This document shows, one piece after another, positions 19,007-28,499 of a stretch of 64,000 bases of DNA (positions are counted from its first letter, which is position 1; every line of letters starts with the position of its first letter). The stretch lies in NCBI GenBank assembly GCA_039961635.1, contig JABRWB010000008.1, forward strand, positions 30,158 through 94,157, given 5' to 3'. A program made the translations under genes and the position numbers. The stretch comes from a bacterium. Its GTDB lineage: Bacteria; 4484-113; JAGGVC01. The notes under the pieces were generated by a model. It did no database searches. It was not told the DNA's origin and worked only from the letters and a program-made list of their open reading frames with translations.

Positions 19007-20883
19007 GTGCCCTTGACGACCAGAATCGGGATGTCCCCGATCTCGTGCTGGACTACCGCGACCGTCGAGCCGAAAATCCAATCCTGCACCGCGCGGTGGC
19101 CGTGGCTGCCCAGAACCAGCAGGTCGAGCTTTTCCTCGGTGGCGATTTTGACCACGCCTTTGGCAGCGTTGCCGAATCCGAGCCTGTAACGTGCGGCTCT
19201 CCCGGACGCTTCGAGTTGCTGAACCAGATTTTTCAAGTATTCTTCGTCCTCGATCGCTTCCCTGTCTTCCGCGTAACCCTCGTACACCTGCGCGGTGGCG
19301 CTTTCCACTATGTGTATAAGTATCAGCTCCGCGCCGCACTGCGAGGCGATGGGCGCGGCCTTTTCCATTATCTTGATGTCGCTTTCCTTCACTTCGAGCG
19401 CGACGCCTATCTTTTTGTATTTGGGCGAAGCGGGCAGCTTTGCCAGGTCGAGGGAGGCGGGCTTTTGCGCCTTGGTTTCGAACAACCGCCGCAGAAGCGC
19501 ACGGAACGTCACGAACCCCAATAATATCACCAGCCCGATTGCAAGCGGCACGACCACAAAATCCACCCACGGCCCCGCCTTTCTCCATTCGTTTATAACC
19601 TGGTATGCGAGCCACATGTTCAATCCGATGATGACGAACGCGCATGCCCAGGCCAATACGTTAACCCAAACCGGATTTGCGAACTTGCCCATCCTTCTTT
19701 TGTCGCTCGTGAAATCTATAAGCGGCACAATCGCGAACGGAAGCTGAAGCGATAGAATCACCTGCGATAGAATGAGCAGCTTGTACGTGCCTTCGCTTCC
19801 CGAAATCCCCACCACGATAACCGCGGGGACGACCGCGATCATGCGAGAAACCAGCCGCCTCGCCCAAGGCTGCATTTTCACCCTGACGAAGCCCTCAAGG
19901 ACTATCTGGCCCGCGAGAGTGCCGGTGAGCGTGGATGATTGGCCGGCGGCAAGCAGCGCGACGGCGAACAACGTGGATGCCAGCGTGGTTCCAACAAGGG
20001 GCGCGAGCAGCTCGTGAGCCTGCTGGATTTCGGTGACCTCGATTCCGCGCGCGTGGAATACCGAAGCGGCAAGCGTAAGTATCGCCGCGTTGACGAAAAA
20101 CGCCGCGTTGAGCGCGATCACGGTGTCTATCAGATTGAATCGCATCGCGGCGCGTTTGCCTTCATCGGTGCGTTCAACCGCGCGGCTTTGCACGAGCGCG
20201 GAGTGGAGGTAAAGGTTGTGCGGCATCACTGTCGCGCCGAGCATTCCGAGCGCGACGTACAGGCTGTCTCCATCGATGCTGGGAATGAATCCCGCAATAA
20301 GGTCTCCCATCACCGGCGGGGAAAGCAGCATCTCGACGAAGAACGACGCGCCCACAATAAAAACGAGTGAAAGAATGAACGCTTCGAGCTTGCGGATTCC
20401 CCAGTGCTGCAGCAGCAGTATCAAAAGCGTGTCCGCAACCGTTATCGCGATGCCCCATATCAAAGGCATACCGAAAAGCAGATTGAGTCCGATCGCGGTT
20501 CCGAGCACTTCCGCCAGGTCGCACGCCGCGATCGCGAGCTCGCACAAAATCCACAGCGGGATGTTGACAATAGGCGGATAGGATTCTCTGCAAGCTTGCG
20601 CAAGGTCGCGCCTGCCCGCGATGCCCATACGGGCGCACAGCGTCTGAAGAAGGACGGCCATCAGGTTGCTCATCAGAAGAACCCAAATGAGCTGGTAGCC
20701 GAAGCGCGCGCCGCCCTCCAGATCGGTGGCCCAATTCCCGGGATCCATATACCCGACGCTTACCAGGTATGCCGGCCCCATAAACGCGAAAAGCCGGCGC
20801 CACCAACTTCCGAAAGCAGGAATCTTGACGGTGGAATGAACCTCGGACAGCGACAAGTCGTGCGATTTCGCGGTGGTTGTCAT
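19003..20883 (-). CDS. mntH: Nramp-family divalent metal (Mn2+/Fe2+) transporter MntH fused to a C-terminal universal stress protein (UspA) domain
   Basis: Nramp signature GPAYLVSVGYMDPGNWATDLEGGARFGYQLIWVLL with 11-12 TM helices. The last 150 aa (KIGVALEVKESD...LLVLGSHGHRAVQDWIFGSTVAVVQHEIGDIPILVV) match the Usp fold. Confidence 0.85.
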   Translation of the reverse strand: MTTTAKSHDLSLSEVHSTVKIPAFGSWWRRLFAFMGPAYLVSVGYMDPGNWATDLEGGARFGYQLIWVLLMSNLMAVLLQTLCARMGIAGRRDLAQACRESYPPIVNIPLWILCELAIAACDLAEVLGTAIGLNLLFGMPLIWGIAITVADTLLILLLQHWGIRKLEAFILSLVFIVGASFFVEMLLSPPVMGDLIAGFIPSIDGDSLYVALGMLGATVMPHNLYLHSALVQSRAVERTDEGKRAAMRFNLIDTVIALNAAFFVNAAILTLAASVFHARGIEVTEIQQAHELLAPLVGTTLASTLFAVALLAAGQSSTLTGTLAGQIVLEGFVRVKMQPWARRLVSRMIAVVPAVIVVGISGSEGTYKLLILSQVILSLQLPFAIVPLIDFTSDKRRMGKFANPVWVNVLAWACAFVIIGLNMWLAYQVINEWRKAGPWVDFVVVPLAIGLVILLGFVTFRALLRRLFETKAQKPASLDLAKLPASPKYKKIGVALEVKESDIKIMEKAAPIASQCGAELILIHIVESATAQVYEGYAEDREAIEDEEYLKNLVQQLEASGRAARYRLGFGNAAKGVVKIATEEKLDLLVLGSHGHRAVQDWIFGSTVAVVQHEIGDIPILVVKGT

Positions 20884-21371
20884 CAGTATCTGGCGCCTCT
20901 GTTCGATTTCGTTTCGAGTAGATTGAAATGGGGAGAATCCAATTTAGATACGGGGCTTGCCAGCAAGGCGCGCGTTTCGTCGGGAAGCTCGAACCATCGC
21001 AGGAGAAACTCGTGAAGCCGCTCCGCCGTCTCGTCGGCCAATCCATGCTCGATAACGCAGGCGTCCCTTTCGGCGCGCGAACGTTCGAGCCCCAGCACGT
21101 CAACGAGCAAAACGACGATGTCGCGGTGACGGTGGCGCAATTGCTCGGCCACACGCCGTCCGGCGTCGGTCAGATGCACAAGCCCGCGCTCTTCCTGCAC
21201 GGCGAAGCCGGCCGCGCGGAGCCGCGCGACGGTGCGGACGACCGTGGGCGGTTTGATCCCCATCTCGGAAGCAATGTCGGTCACGCGAACGCCCGCGTCG
21301 CCTTCCCCCGAAAGGCGGAGCATCAGTTCCAGATAATCCTGTTGCACCGGAGTAAGAGCGGAAGTCGGCAC
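20883..21371 (-). CDS. mntR: DtxR/MntR-family metal-dependent transcriptional repressor
   Basis: Winged HTH VRVTDIASEMGIKPPTVVRTVARLRAAG plus a metal-binding/dimerisation domain. Lies immediately upstream of mntH, with ATGA stop/start overlap. Confidence 0.8.
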   Translation of the reverse strand: MPTSALTPVQQDYLELMLRLSGEGDAGVRVTDIASEMGIKPPTVVRTVARLRAAGFAVQEERGLVHLTDAGRRVAEQLRHRHRDIVVLLVDVLGLERSRAERDACVIEHGLADETAERLHEFLLRWFELPDETRALLASPVSKLDSPHFNLLETKSNRGARY

Positions 21372-21525
21372 TTGTCACCCTGTTGCAATTACCCTTGGGT
21401 AATAGGCTTTATCGCATAAATTTTTTTATCCTTTTTCGATGCCCGGCGGAAGCGGTCCGGAGGCCGAGCTTGCGATATAATCGCTTGGCCAGCAGGATAT
21501 TTTTGTCCGACGGAGCTTTTGCCGG

Positions 21526-24273
21526 GTGAGTTTACGTCGCAGATTCAGGCATTCCCCCAGCATCCAGGACGTCTTCAGACGGTACTTTCTGTCGTTCACT
21601 CTTGGGCCTCTGATTCTGCTCGGCCTATATCTGGGATGGCAGTTTTACGCCGCGCTTGAACGGACTGCGATGCGCACCATTGAAGCGGACAGGCACATCG
21701 CGTCCAATTTGGCGGAGGAGTTTTTCCGCGAAAGCATGGACAGGCTGGATTTGCTTTCCAAAAGGACGACAGTGCGGGCGCTTTTCGGCGAATACGCGAA
21801 AAACTCCGGGGACGAGGGCAGCATCCTTGCCGGCTTGGAGCGCGAATTCAAACTCTTCGCACTCGAGCCGGATTCCCATGTAATGGAGCTTTTGGTTTTC
21901 GACGGCGCGACCGGCGACTGCATAATGGACATGGTTTTCAGGCCGGAGTTATCCGCTGACTCTGTCGGAAAGAATTTCAGGGAAGAGAGGCTGTTCGAAT
22001 ACGGCAAAACAGGCAGTTACAATCCGCCCCTGGCTTTCGACCGCAGGCTTTCGCAGGTCGCGTTATCGCAGAGCACGCCGGTTGTCCTTCCGAGCGGAAG
22101 AAGCTTCGTGATTGCGCAGCACGTGGACGCCGTGGGCTGGCTTAAAAGAACGCGCAAGCTGTTCGAAAAGAGCTGGAACACGAGCATCGCAATATTCACG
22201 ATTGACGGACGAAACCTGGAATGGTCCGAAAGCCAGTCCGCCACCGTCAGGGAGTCATTCGCGTACAGTCAGGCGATAGAGCGCGCGCGTCTCGGGGAAA
22301 CCGACTCCGCGCGATACTGGAATCACACGGGGGTGCTCGTCCTAGGCAGCTTCACCGTGCTTTCGGGCAAGCAGGCAATCGTCGTGGCGGAACTGCCCCT
22401 CGCCGCTTTTGTGGAAGAGATGAAAAGCACGGCAATAATTCTCGGGCCGCCCCTGCTTGTCCTTTTCCTTTCCATTTTCATTTTGACTGCGCTTCAGGCG
22501 CGCAGATTTTCCCGCCCCCTGATCCAGCTTGTTGCGCGCTGCCGCGAAATCGCCGAGGGCGACTGGGAGCGGATGGTCGCGATAAGCGGGGTAATGGAAC
22601 TTGAACTTCTCGGCAACAGCTTCAACGCGATGGCGCGCGATTTGTCCACCTCGTTCAAGGAACGCGAATCAATCAACAGGTCTCTGGAGGAGGCGAACCG
22701 GCTGTTAACCAAGAAAAACGAAGAGCTTTACGAGAGCGAAACCAAATACCGCGACTTGTACGAAAACAGCTTGGACGGGCTTTACACTTTCGATCCGGAT
22801 ACCGGAAAGTACATCATGTACAACCGCAAGTTCTGCGAAATAACCGGTTACAGTTTTGAAGAGCTGGGCGGAATCAGCGTTGACGATATCGTTCCACCGG
22901 AGGAGCGCGCGTACGCGGACGAGCAGCGGGAACTTCGCAGGCGCGGACAGAAGCTGGATTCCCCTTACGAGCTTTACATCAAGCGGAAGGATGGAACTTA
23001 TATTTACGTGGAAGTTTACAGCAGGCCGATTCCGGGAAGCCATTGCTTTGCGGGATCCGTCCGAGACGTGACGGAGAGGGTAAAACTCGAAAAAGACATC
23101 ATCGAAAAAAACCAGCAGCTTGAAAAGCTGAATGAAAGCCTGGAAACTCTGGTCCAGGAGCGCACAAGGACTCTGATCGCGCTTAAGGAGCTGCACGAAA
23201 AAATAATCGCAAACGCGCCGGTGGGGCTGATGGTGGTGGACACCGAGCTGGCCGTGACGTTCGCCAACGACCTTATTCTGAAGCTTTGCGCGCCGGGCAG
23301 GATGGCCGCCGAAATATTGGGGCGGCCGCTCGATACCGAACATCCCATTCTCCCCGACCGCGCCTTTGAAAAACTCGCGGATTGCCTGCGCGGCGAATCG
23401 TTCTACAGCGAGGAAATCAAGTTCACGCCGGAAGGCGAAGAAGGCGCGTCGTACCTGGACATATGGGGCGTCCCGCTCGTCGGAGAAAACGAGGAAATCG
23501 AAGGAGCGCTGGTCATCGCCGCCGATCGCACACGCCAGGTGCAGATCAGGGAAGAGCTGGTCAAAAACCGGCGGCTTGCCGCGACCGGACAGCTGGCCGC
23601 CAGCCTTGCGCATGAAATCAACAACCCTCTGAATTCGATTCGATACAACCTTGAGCTTGCGGAAATGGACCTCGAAGATTTTGCCGAAAAGCATGCCCAA
23701 AACGGGATAGGGGCAATCGAGGAGTACCTTCACACCGTCAACCGCGAAATCGACAGGATCGGCGACATAGTCCGCAACCTTCTCGACCTTCATCGTTCTT
23801 CAAGGCTGTCGCCGATTCCTCTGGACCTCAATGCCGTAATCAACGATGTCCTCGTTCTGATGCGCAAGCAAATTTTGGAGCAAGGCGCGAAAGTCGTGTT
23901 CGAGCCGAAACACGGATTGCCGGATATCAACGGATTGTCCGGCCCGATCAAGCAAATTGTCATCAACATGATTACAAATTCCCTGCAGTCATTCGATGAA
24001 AAGCCGGGCAGAATAGACATCGCCACCGGAAGCGAGGGCGATTTCGGCTACTTCGTTGTTTCCGACGACGGCTGCGGCATCCCGCCGGAAGTGCTCCCGC
24101 GGATTTTCGAGCCGTTTTTCAGCACGAAGGGCTTGTCGGGCGTGGGGCTTGGGCTTGCCATCTGCGAAAGCATCGTGAACCAGTTCGGGGGCAGAATCGA
24201 AGTCGAAAGCGAAGTTGGACAGGGTACGCGGTTTGCCGTATACTTGCCTCTCTACAAAGATGACGGAAAGTAA
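21526..24273 (+). CDS. Membrane sensor histidine kinase (periplasmic sensor - HAMP - PAS - HisKA - HATPase)
   Basis: GTG start. Two TM helices flank an extracytoplasmic domain of about 270 aa. HAMP RRFSRPLIQLVARCREIAEGDW. PAS with YRDLYENSLDGLYTFDPDTGKYIMYNRKFCEITG. H-box HEINNPLNSIRYNLELA. G-boxes DDGCGIP and GVGLGLAICESIVNQFGGRIEVESEVGQGTRFAVYLP. Confidence 0.9.
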   Translation: MSLRRRFRHSPSIQDVFRRYFLSFTLGPLILLGLYLGWQFYAALERTAMRTIEADRHIASNLAEEFFRESMDRLDLLSKRTTVRALFGEYAKNSGDEGSILAGLEREFKLFALEPDSHVMELLVFDGATGDCIMDMVFRPELSADSVGKNFREERLFEYGKTGSYNPPLAFDRRLSQVALSQSTPVVLPSGRSFVIAQHVDAVGWLKRTRKLFEKSWNTSIAIFTIDGRNLEWSESQSATVRESFAYSQAIERARLGETDSARYWNHTGVLVLGSFTVLSGKQAIVVAELPLAAFVEEMKSTAIILGPPLLVLFLSIFILTALQARRFSRPLIQLVARCREIAEGDWERMVAISGVMELELLGNSFNAMARDLSTSFKERESINRSLEEANRLLTKKNEELYESETKYRDLYENSLDGLYTFDPDTGKYIMYNRKFCEITGYSFEELGGISVDDIVPPEERAYADEQRELRRRGQKLDSPYELYIKRKDGTYIYVEVYSRPIPGSHCFAGSVRDVTERVKLEKDIIEKNQQLEKLNESLETLVQERTRTLIALKELHEKIIANAPVGLMVVDTELAVTFANDLILKLCAPGRMAAEILGRPLDTEHPILPDRAFEKLADCLRGESFYSEEIKFTPEGEEGASYLDIWGVPLVGENEEIEGALVIAADRTRQVQIREELVKNRRLAATGQLAASLAHEINNPLNSIRYNLELAEMDLEDFAEKHAQNGIGAIEEYLHTVNREIDRIGDIVRNLLDLHRSSRLSPIPLDLNAVINDVLVLMRKQILEQGAKVVFEPKHGLPDINGLSGPIKQIVINMITNSLQSFDEKPGRIDIATGSEGDFGYFVVSDDGCGIPPEVLPRIFEPFFSTKGLSGVGLGLAICESIVNQFGGRIEVESEVGQGTRFAVYLPLYKDDGK

Positions 24274-25420
24274 TCCTGAAACTCCCACAATTCTGGTGGT
24301 GGACGACGAGCTTGAAGCGCTCAAAGCGATGGCGCAGCTCCTCGAGCGCCGCGGCGGCTACCGGACGCTCATCGCGGCCAGCGGCGAGCAGGCAATGGAA
24401 GTTATGGCCGCGAACAAAGTTGACATCGTCATCACCGATTTGCGGATGCCGGGAATGGACGGGCTTGAAGTTCTTCGCCGAATCAATACGGAGTACCCGG
24501 CGGTTGACGTGATAATCTCCACGGCGTACGCAAGCGTGGACAGCGCGGTGGACGCTTTGCGCAAAGGAGCCACGGATTACCTGCAGAAGCCGAACAAACC
24601 CAAGGAAATGCTGGAAAAAGTGCGGGAAATCCTGGAGCGCCGCACCAAAACAAAGCGGCGCGAGGCCGAATTGGAAGCCGTACGAAAGCGCGACGTAACG
24701 CGTGAAAGCGAGCTTCGAAAGGCCGGCGCAATCCAGCAACGATGGATTCCCCAGGGCTACCAGGGAAGGCACATCAGCCTGGTAACGGGATACCAGAGCG
24801 CCGAGGAGCTTTCGGGCGACTTTATGGACGTGGTCGAGCTGGACGAACGCAGACTGGGTTTCGTCGTGGGCGACGTCGTCGGCCATGGACTTCCCGCGAG
24901 CCTCCAAACGGGCATCGTCCAGCGCCTTATAAAAAAAGAGATGTTGGACGGCAAGTCCGCCGCGCAGGCATTCACTTCCATCAACTCGTTCCTTTACGAC
25001 GAATACCACATGGACAGCGCCTTCACCGCTTTCGCGGGCGTGTTTGACGGCGAGGAATACGTTTTAAGGTACGCAATCGGAGGGCATCCCCCTCCGATTC
25101 AGGTCACTCCTGAAGGAAAATGCTCCTTCCTAGAAACAAGCTGCCCCGGACTGCTCGTTGTACCTTCGCACGAATACGTCGAGCACGTGCTTGCGCTTTA
25201 TCCCGGAGACAGGCTTTGCATTTACACGGACGGCGTGGTGGAAACCCGCAACTCGGGAGGGGATTTGTTCAGCGAAACGCGCCTGGCCACATCGCTGTTA
25301 AAGCACGCGAAAAGACCCCTTTCCGGGCTTATAGCCGCGATCGAAGACGACGTTCGCGAATTCAGGGCGGACGCGCCGATAATCGACGATTTTTCGCTTA
25401 TGCTTGTCGAAATTATTTGA
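24260..25420 (+). CDS. Response regulator with a PP2C/SpoIIE-type serine phosphatase output domain (RsbU-like)
   Basis: REC domain ILVVDDELEALKAM...DIVITDLRMPGMDG...ATDYLQKP. PP2C block SGDFMDVVELDERRLGFVVGDVVGHGLPAS ... CIYTDGVVE. Start overlaps the kinase stop by 14 nt. Confidence 0.85.
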   Translation: MTESNPETPTILVVDDELEALKAMAQLLERRGGYRTLIAASGEQAMEVMAANKVDIVITDLRMPGMDGLEVLRRINTEYPAVDVIISTAYASVDSAVDALRKGATDYLQKPNKPKEMLEKVREILERRTKTKRREAELEAVRKRDVTRESELRKAGAIQQRWIPQGYQGRHISLVTGYQSAEELSGDFMDVVELDERRLGFVVGDVVGHGLPASLQTGIVQRLIKKEMLDGKSAAQAFTSINSFLYDEYHMDSAFTAFAGVFDGEEYVLRYAIGGHPPPIQVTPEGKCSFLETSCPGLLVVPSHEYVEHVLALYPGDRLCIYTDGVVETRNSGGDLFSETRLATSLLKHAKRPLSGLIAAIEDDVREFRADAPIIDDFSLMLVEII

Positions 25421-25423
25421 ACG

Positions 25424-27433
25424 ATGAGTCCGGCAAGTTTTCCACATTCCATTTTCAAAGCAATGGCCGTCGCCGTGGTGTTTGCCGCGACCGTATGTTC
25501 CTCCGGCGCAATGTCCCGCTCGGGCGATGGTTTAAGTCTGACACCCGTCCTGCCCGCGAAAATCCGATGCGAGCCGGGGGAGTACATTTCCTTTTGGAGC
25601 CTACTCGGCGCTGGCGCAAACTGGACGGTTTATCCGCCAGAGCTCGGCGAAATCGCGGGAGGAGCTTTCCGGGGAGATGCTCCTGGAGATGGATTCATCC
25701 TTGGAAGGGACGGGGACAACGCCGCCGTCGCGTCGGTGAAGGTCGAAATACTCACGCCGAGCGACCATGATATTCTGGTCGGCATAAGAAACGAGCTTAC
25801 AAATCACAACCTGTTCATCAACCACATGCGCGATTCATCAGCCGCTTTCGATCGCGCGAACGCGAAGGCGGCTGCGCTTACCGGAGATTACACCGACCTC
25901 GAGGTGCGGATTGCCGCGGCGAGATTGGATTGTGATGAAGCGTATAACCTTCTTTTGATCGCCATCGAATCGTATAAAACGGACAGAAAAACGTTATTTG
26001 AATTGTTGGATGAATACGCGACGATATCGCCGCCGGGATTCAAAAAACCGGCGCCGGAGGATAAAGGAAAATCGCCGACGGTGATTCTGCCATCCGGCTT
26101 CGTTTCGGACGGAGGCATTGTCGTGTGGCCGGAACCGGTTGCCTTATACACCTGGGACGACTGGCTCGACTTTGCGTCATTGAAGATGGACATCGAATCA
26201 ATTCCGGATTACGCGAAGGACAAGCTGTCGTCGGCCGCATCTTCGCTGGTTGATAAAGCAAAGAACGTGAAAGCGGCCGCCGGGAATTATGCGAAATCGC
26301 TCTCGGCAGTTCTCGAATTGATCGACAGGCAGTCATCCCTACCGGAAGAAGCGTGGAATCTTCAAAAACAGCTGGATGCGGCGCGCGAATCCAAGCTGTC
26401 GGCCTTGTACGGACTCAAAGAGCACGACAGAAGGGTGGACGAATACAAGTTGTGGTACAGGTTCAGGCGGTGGATCGAATCGCGAACCATTGTCGGCAAA
26501 TCGGAGCGCGACCGGGAATTCGCGATTGATACCCAAGCCTTCCAAACCAGCCTGGAAATTTATAAGAAGGAATTGGCGGACAGCCTCGCCGCTTTGGAAA
26601 AAATCGATGCGCGTGTTGAATCCGCGCCCGCGCCGTTGCACCCGGAGCAGCTGCCTGAATTGCCTTTATCCGCCGAAATGAGGCGGCTCGTTTCGGATCC
26701 GCAAAGTTACTTCGGGCGGGGCGGATTGCTTTCATTGGAATCGCTCGACCGACTTACGAAATGGATTGAAGGGACAAGCGCGGGGCAGGTTCATGAAAAC
26801 ACGGGCGAAATCGCCGAGCCGGCAATCCCCGCGGGCGCGATAACCGCCGGCGGCTTGTCGGTCAATCCGATCACGCGCGAGGATTTTGCATCGCTTGAGA
26901 TGATCAATCCGGCGAATTTCATCGCCGTTGCGGCGGATGCGGATTCTCTCGCAAACGCAGCCGGGCCGGAAATTCCAAGACTGCACTCGACGGACAAGCC
27001 CGTGGAGTCGGCAAGGCGCAGGCGGTTCAAGGATTTCCTGGATATGCTTCAAAATTACAACCATGAGAGCGCAAAATGGATAGAAAAAAAGATAGCGACG
27101 CGGCTCAAAGAGGCCGTCGCCAGTTCGCTTTCCACGGTAGACGCGATTTTGTCGTACATGGACTGGCGCAGAGGGTACATCACGCTTGCGCATTCGGGGG
27201 ACTTGGATCGGCGGATGGCACTGGAAAGGCTTGACAGAGTCTGGCGGGAAGCCGGTGCAGGGCGAGCGTTGACCCGTAACGAGTTTTTGGATCTTTGGCG
27301 CACGCTTACATCCGTGGACGAGGGAGTCCCCCTGTCAAAAGCGCTTCTCGACGATGCGTTTGGACAGGAAGGCGGCTATTATTCCGGCGGCGGAAACCAG
27401 CGGGAGGATGCCCGGAATCATCCGCACGATTGA
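25424..27433 (+). CDS. Secreted hypothetical protein (669 aa) immediately downstream of the kinase/REC-PP2C pair
   Basis: Signal peptide MAVAVVFAATVCSSGAMS, mostly helical, no recognisable catalytic motif. The 4-nt gap from the upstream gene suggests co-transcription. Confidence 0.6.
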   Translation: MSPASFPHSIFKAMAVAVVFAATVCSSGAMSRSGDGLSLTPVLPAKIRCEPGEYISFWSLLGAGANWTVYPPELGEIAGGAFRGDAPGDGFILGRDGDNAAVASVKVEILTPSDHDILVGIRNELTNHNLFINHMRDSSAAFDRANAKAAALTGDYTDLEVRIAAARLDCDEAYNLLLIAIESYKTDRKTLFELLDEYATISPPGFKKPAPEDKGKSPTVILPSGFVSDGGIVVWPEPVALYTWDDWLDFASLKMDIESIPDYAKDKLSSAASSLVDKAKNVKAAAGNYAKSLSAVLELIDRQSSLPEEAWNLQKQLDAARESKLSALYGLKEHDRRVDEYKLWYRFRRWIESRTIVGKSERDREFAIDTQAFQTSLEIYKKELADSLAALEKIDARVESAPAPLHPEQLPELPLSAEMRRLVSDPQSYFGRGGLLSLESLDRLTKWIEGTSAGQVHENTGEIAEPAIPAGAITAGGLSVNPITREDFASLEMINPANFIAVAADADSLANAAGPEIPRLHSTDKPVESARRRRFKDFLDMLQNYNHESAKWIEKKIATRLKEAVASSLSTVDAILSYMDWRRGYITLAHSGDLDRRMALERLDRVWREAGAGRALTRNEFLDLWRTLTSVDEGVPLSKALLDDAFGQEGGYYSGGGNQREDARNHPHD

Positions 27434-27451
27434 AATTTCAAAAACCGGGCG

Positions 27452-28492
27452 CTAGTAAAAGCTGCGGTAAGTCAACGGATCTTCGATAATCGCCTGGGTT
27501 CCAAGGGCGACGGACAAAAGCGGCTCCTGCGACACTTTGGTTACAATTCCGGTGTCTTTGCTGATAAGCAGGTCTATGTCGCGCAACAGCGCCCCCCCCC
27601 CGGTGAGCATTATCCCCTGCTCGATGATGTCCGCCGCAAGCTCCGGAGGCGTGTCCTCAAGCGTTTCGCGCACCGCTTTGAGAATCAAGTCTATGTTCTC
27701 CTGCATGGCCTCGCGCACTTCCGCGCTGTTTATTTCAAGGCTCTTCGGGAGGCCGGTAACCTGGTCCATGCCGCGTATTTCGGTCGTCAGCACTTCGCTT
27801 GACGGATGCGCGCATCCGATTTCGATTTTGATTCGCTCCGCGGTGCGCTCTCCAATCTGCAGGTTGTAGCGCTTGCGGGCGTAGTCCATTATCGAGCGGT
27901 CTAGCTCGTCTCCCGCGACGCGGATGGAGGTCGAAGTCACGATGCCCTCCAGGCTGATCACGGCAACCTCGGTCGTGCCGCCGCCGATGTCCACGATCAT
28001 GTTGCCGGACGCCTCCGCGATGTCCATGTTGCATCCGATCGCGGCGGCCATCGGCTCCTCGATCAGGTGCGCGTGGCTCGCGCCGGCGTCCATGCACGCC
28101 TTCCAGACCGCGTCGCGCTCAACGTTCGTTATTCCGCTCGGTATTCCTATCACGACCCGGTACTTGAAAAGAAAGGTAAGAGGCTTCGCCCGCTTCGTGG
28201 CTTTGCGGATGAAGAAAGTGAGCATCGCCTTGGTTTTGTCGTAGTCGGCGATCACCCCGTCTTTGAGCGGCTTCATCGCGACGATGCGCCCGGGAGTCTT
28301 GCCGATCATGTTTCGCGCGTCCTCGCCGACCGCGAGCACCTCGTCCGTGCGCGTGTCGATCGCGACTACGGACGGCTCGCGAAGCACGATGCCGTGGCCC
28401 TTAACGTAAATGACGGTGTTGGCCGTGCCCAGGTCGACGCCGATCTCGTCGCGCATCGAAAAAACCCAGTCGCGGAGTCCGCCGAAGAGCAT
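27452..28492 (-). CDS. mreB: Rod-shape-determining protein MreB
   Basis: IGVDLGTANTVIYVKG, DIGGGTTEVAVISL, and the actin-fold phosphate and adenosine motifs. 346 aa. Confidence 0.95.
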   Translation of the reverse strand: MLFGGLRDWVFSMRDEIGVDLGTANTVIYVKGHGIVLREPSVVAIDTRTDEVLAVGEDARNMIGKTPGRIVAMKPLKDGVIADYDKTKAMLTFFIRKATKRAKPLTFLFKYRVVIGIPSGITNVERDAVWKACMDAGASHAHLIEEPMAAAIGCNMDIAEASGNMIVDIGGGTTEVAVISLEGIVTSTSIRVAGDELDRSIMDYARKRYNLQIGERTAERIKIEIGCAHPSSEVLTTEIRGMDQVTGLPKSLEINSAEVREAMQENIDLILKAVRETLEDTPPELAADIIEQGIMLTGGGALLRDIDLLISKDTGIVTKVSQEPLLSVALGTQAIIEDPLTYRSFY

Positions 28493-28499
28493 TTCGCGT

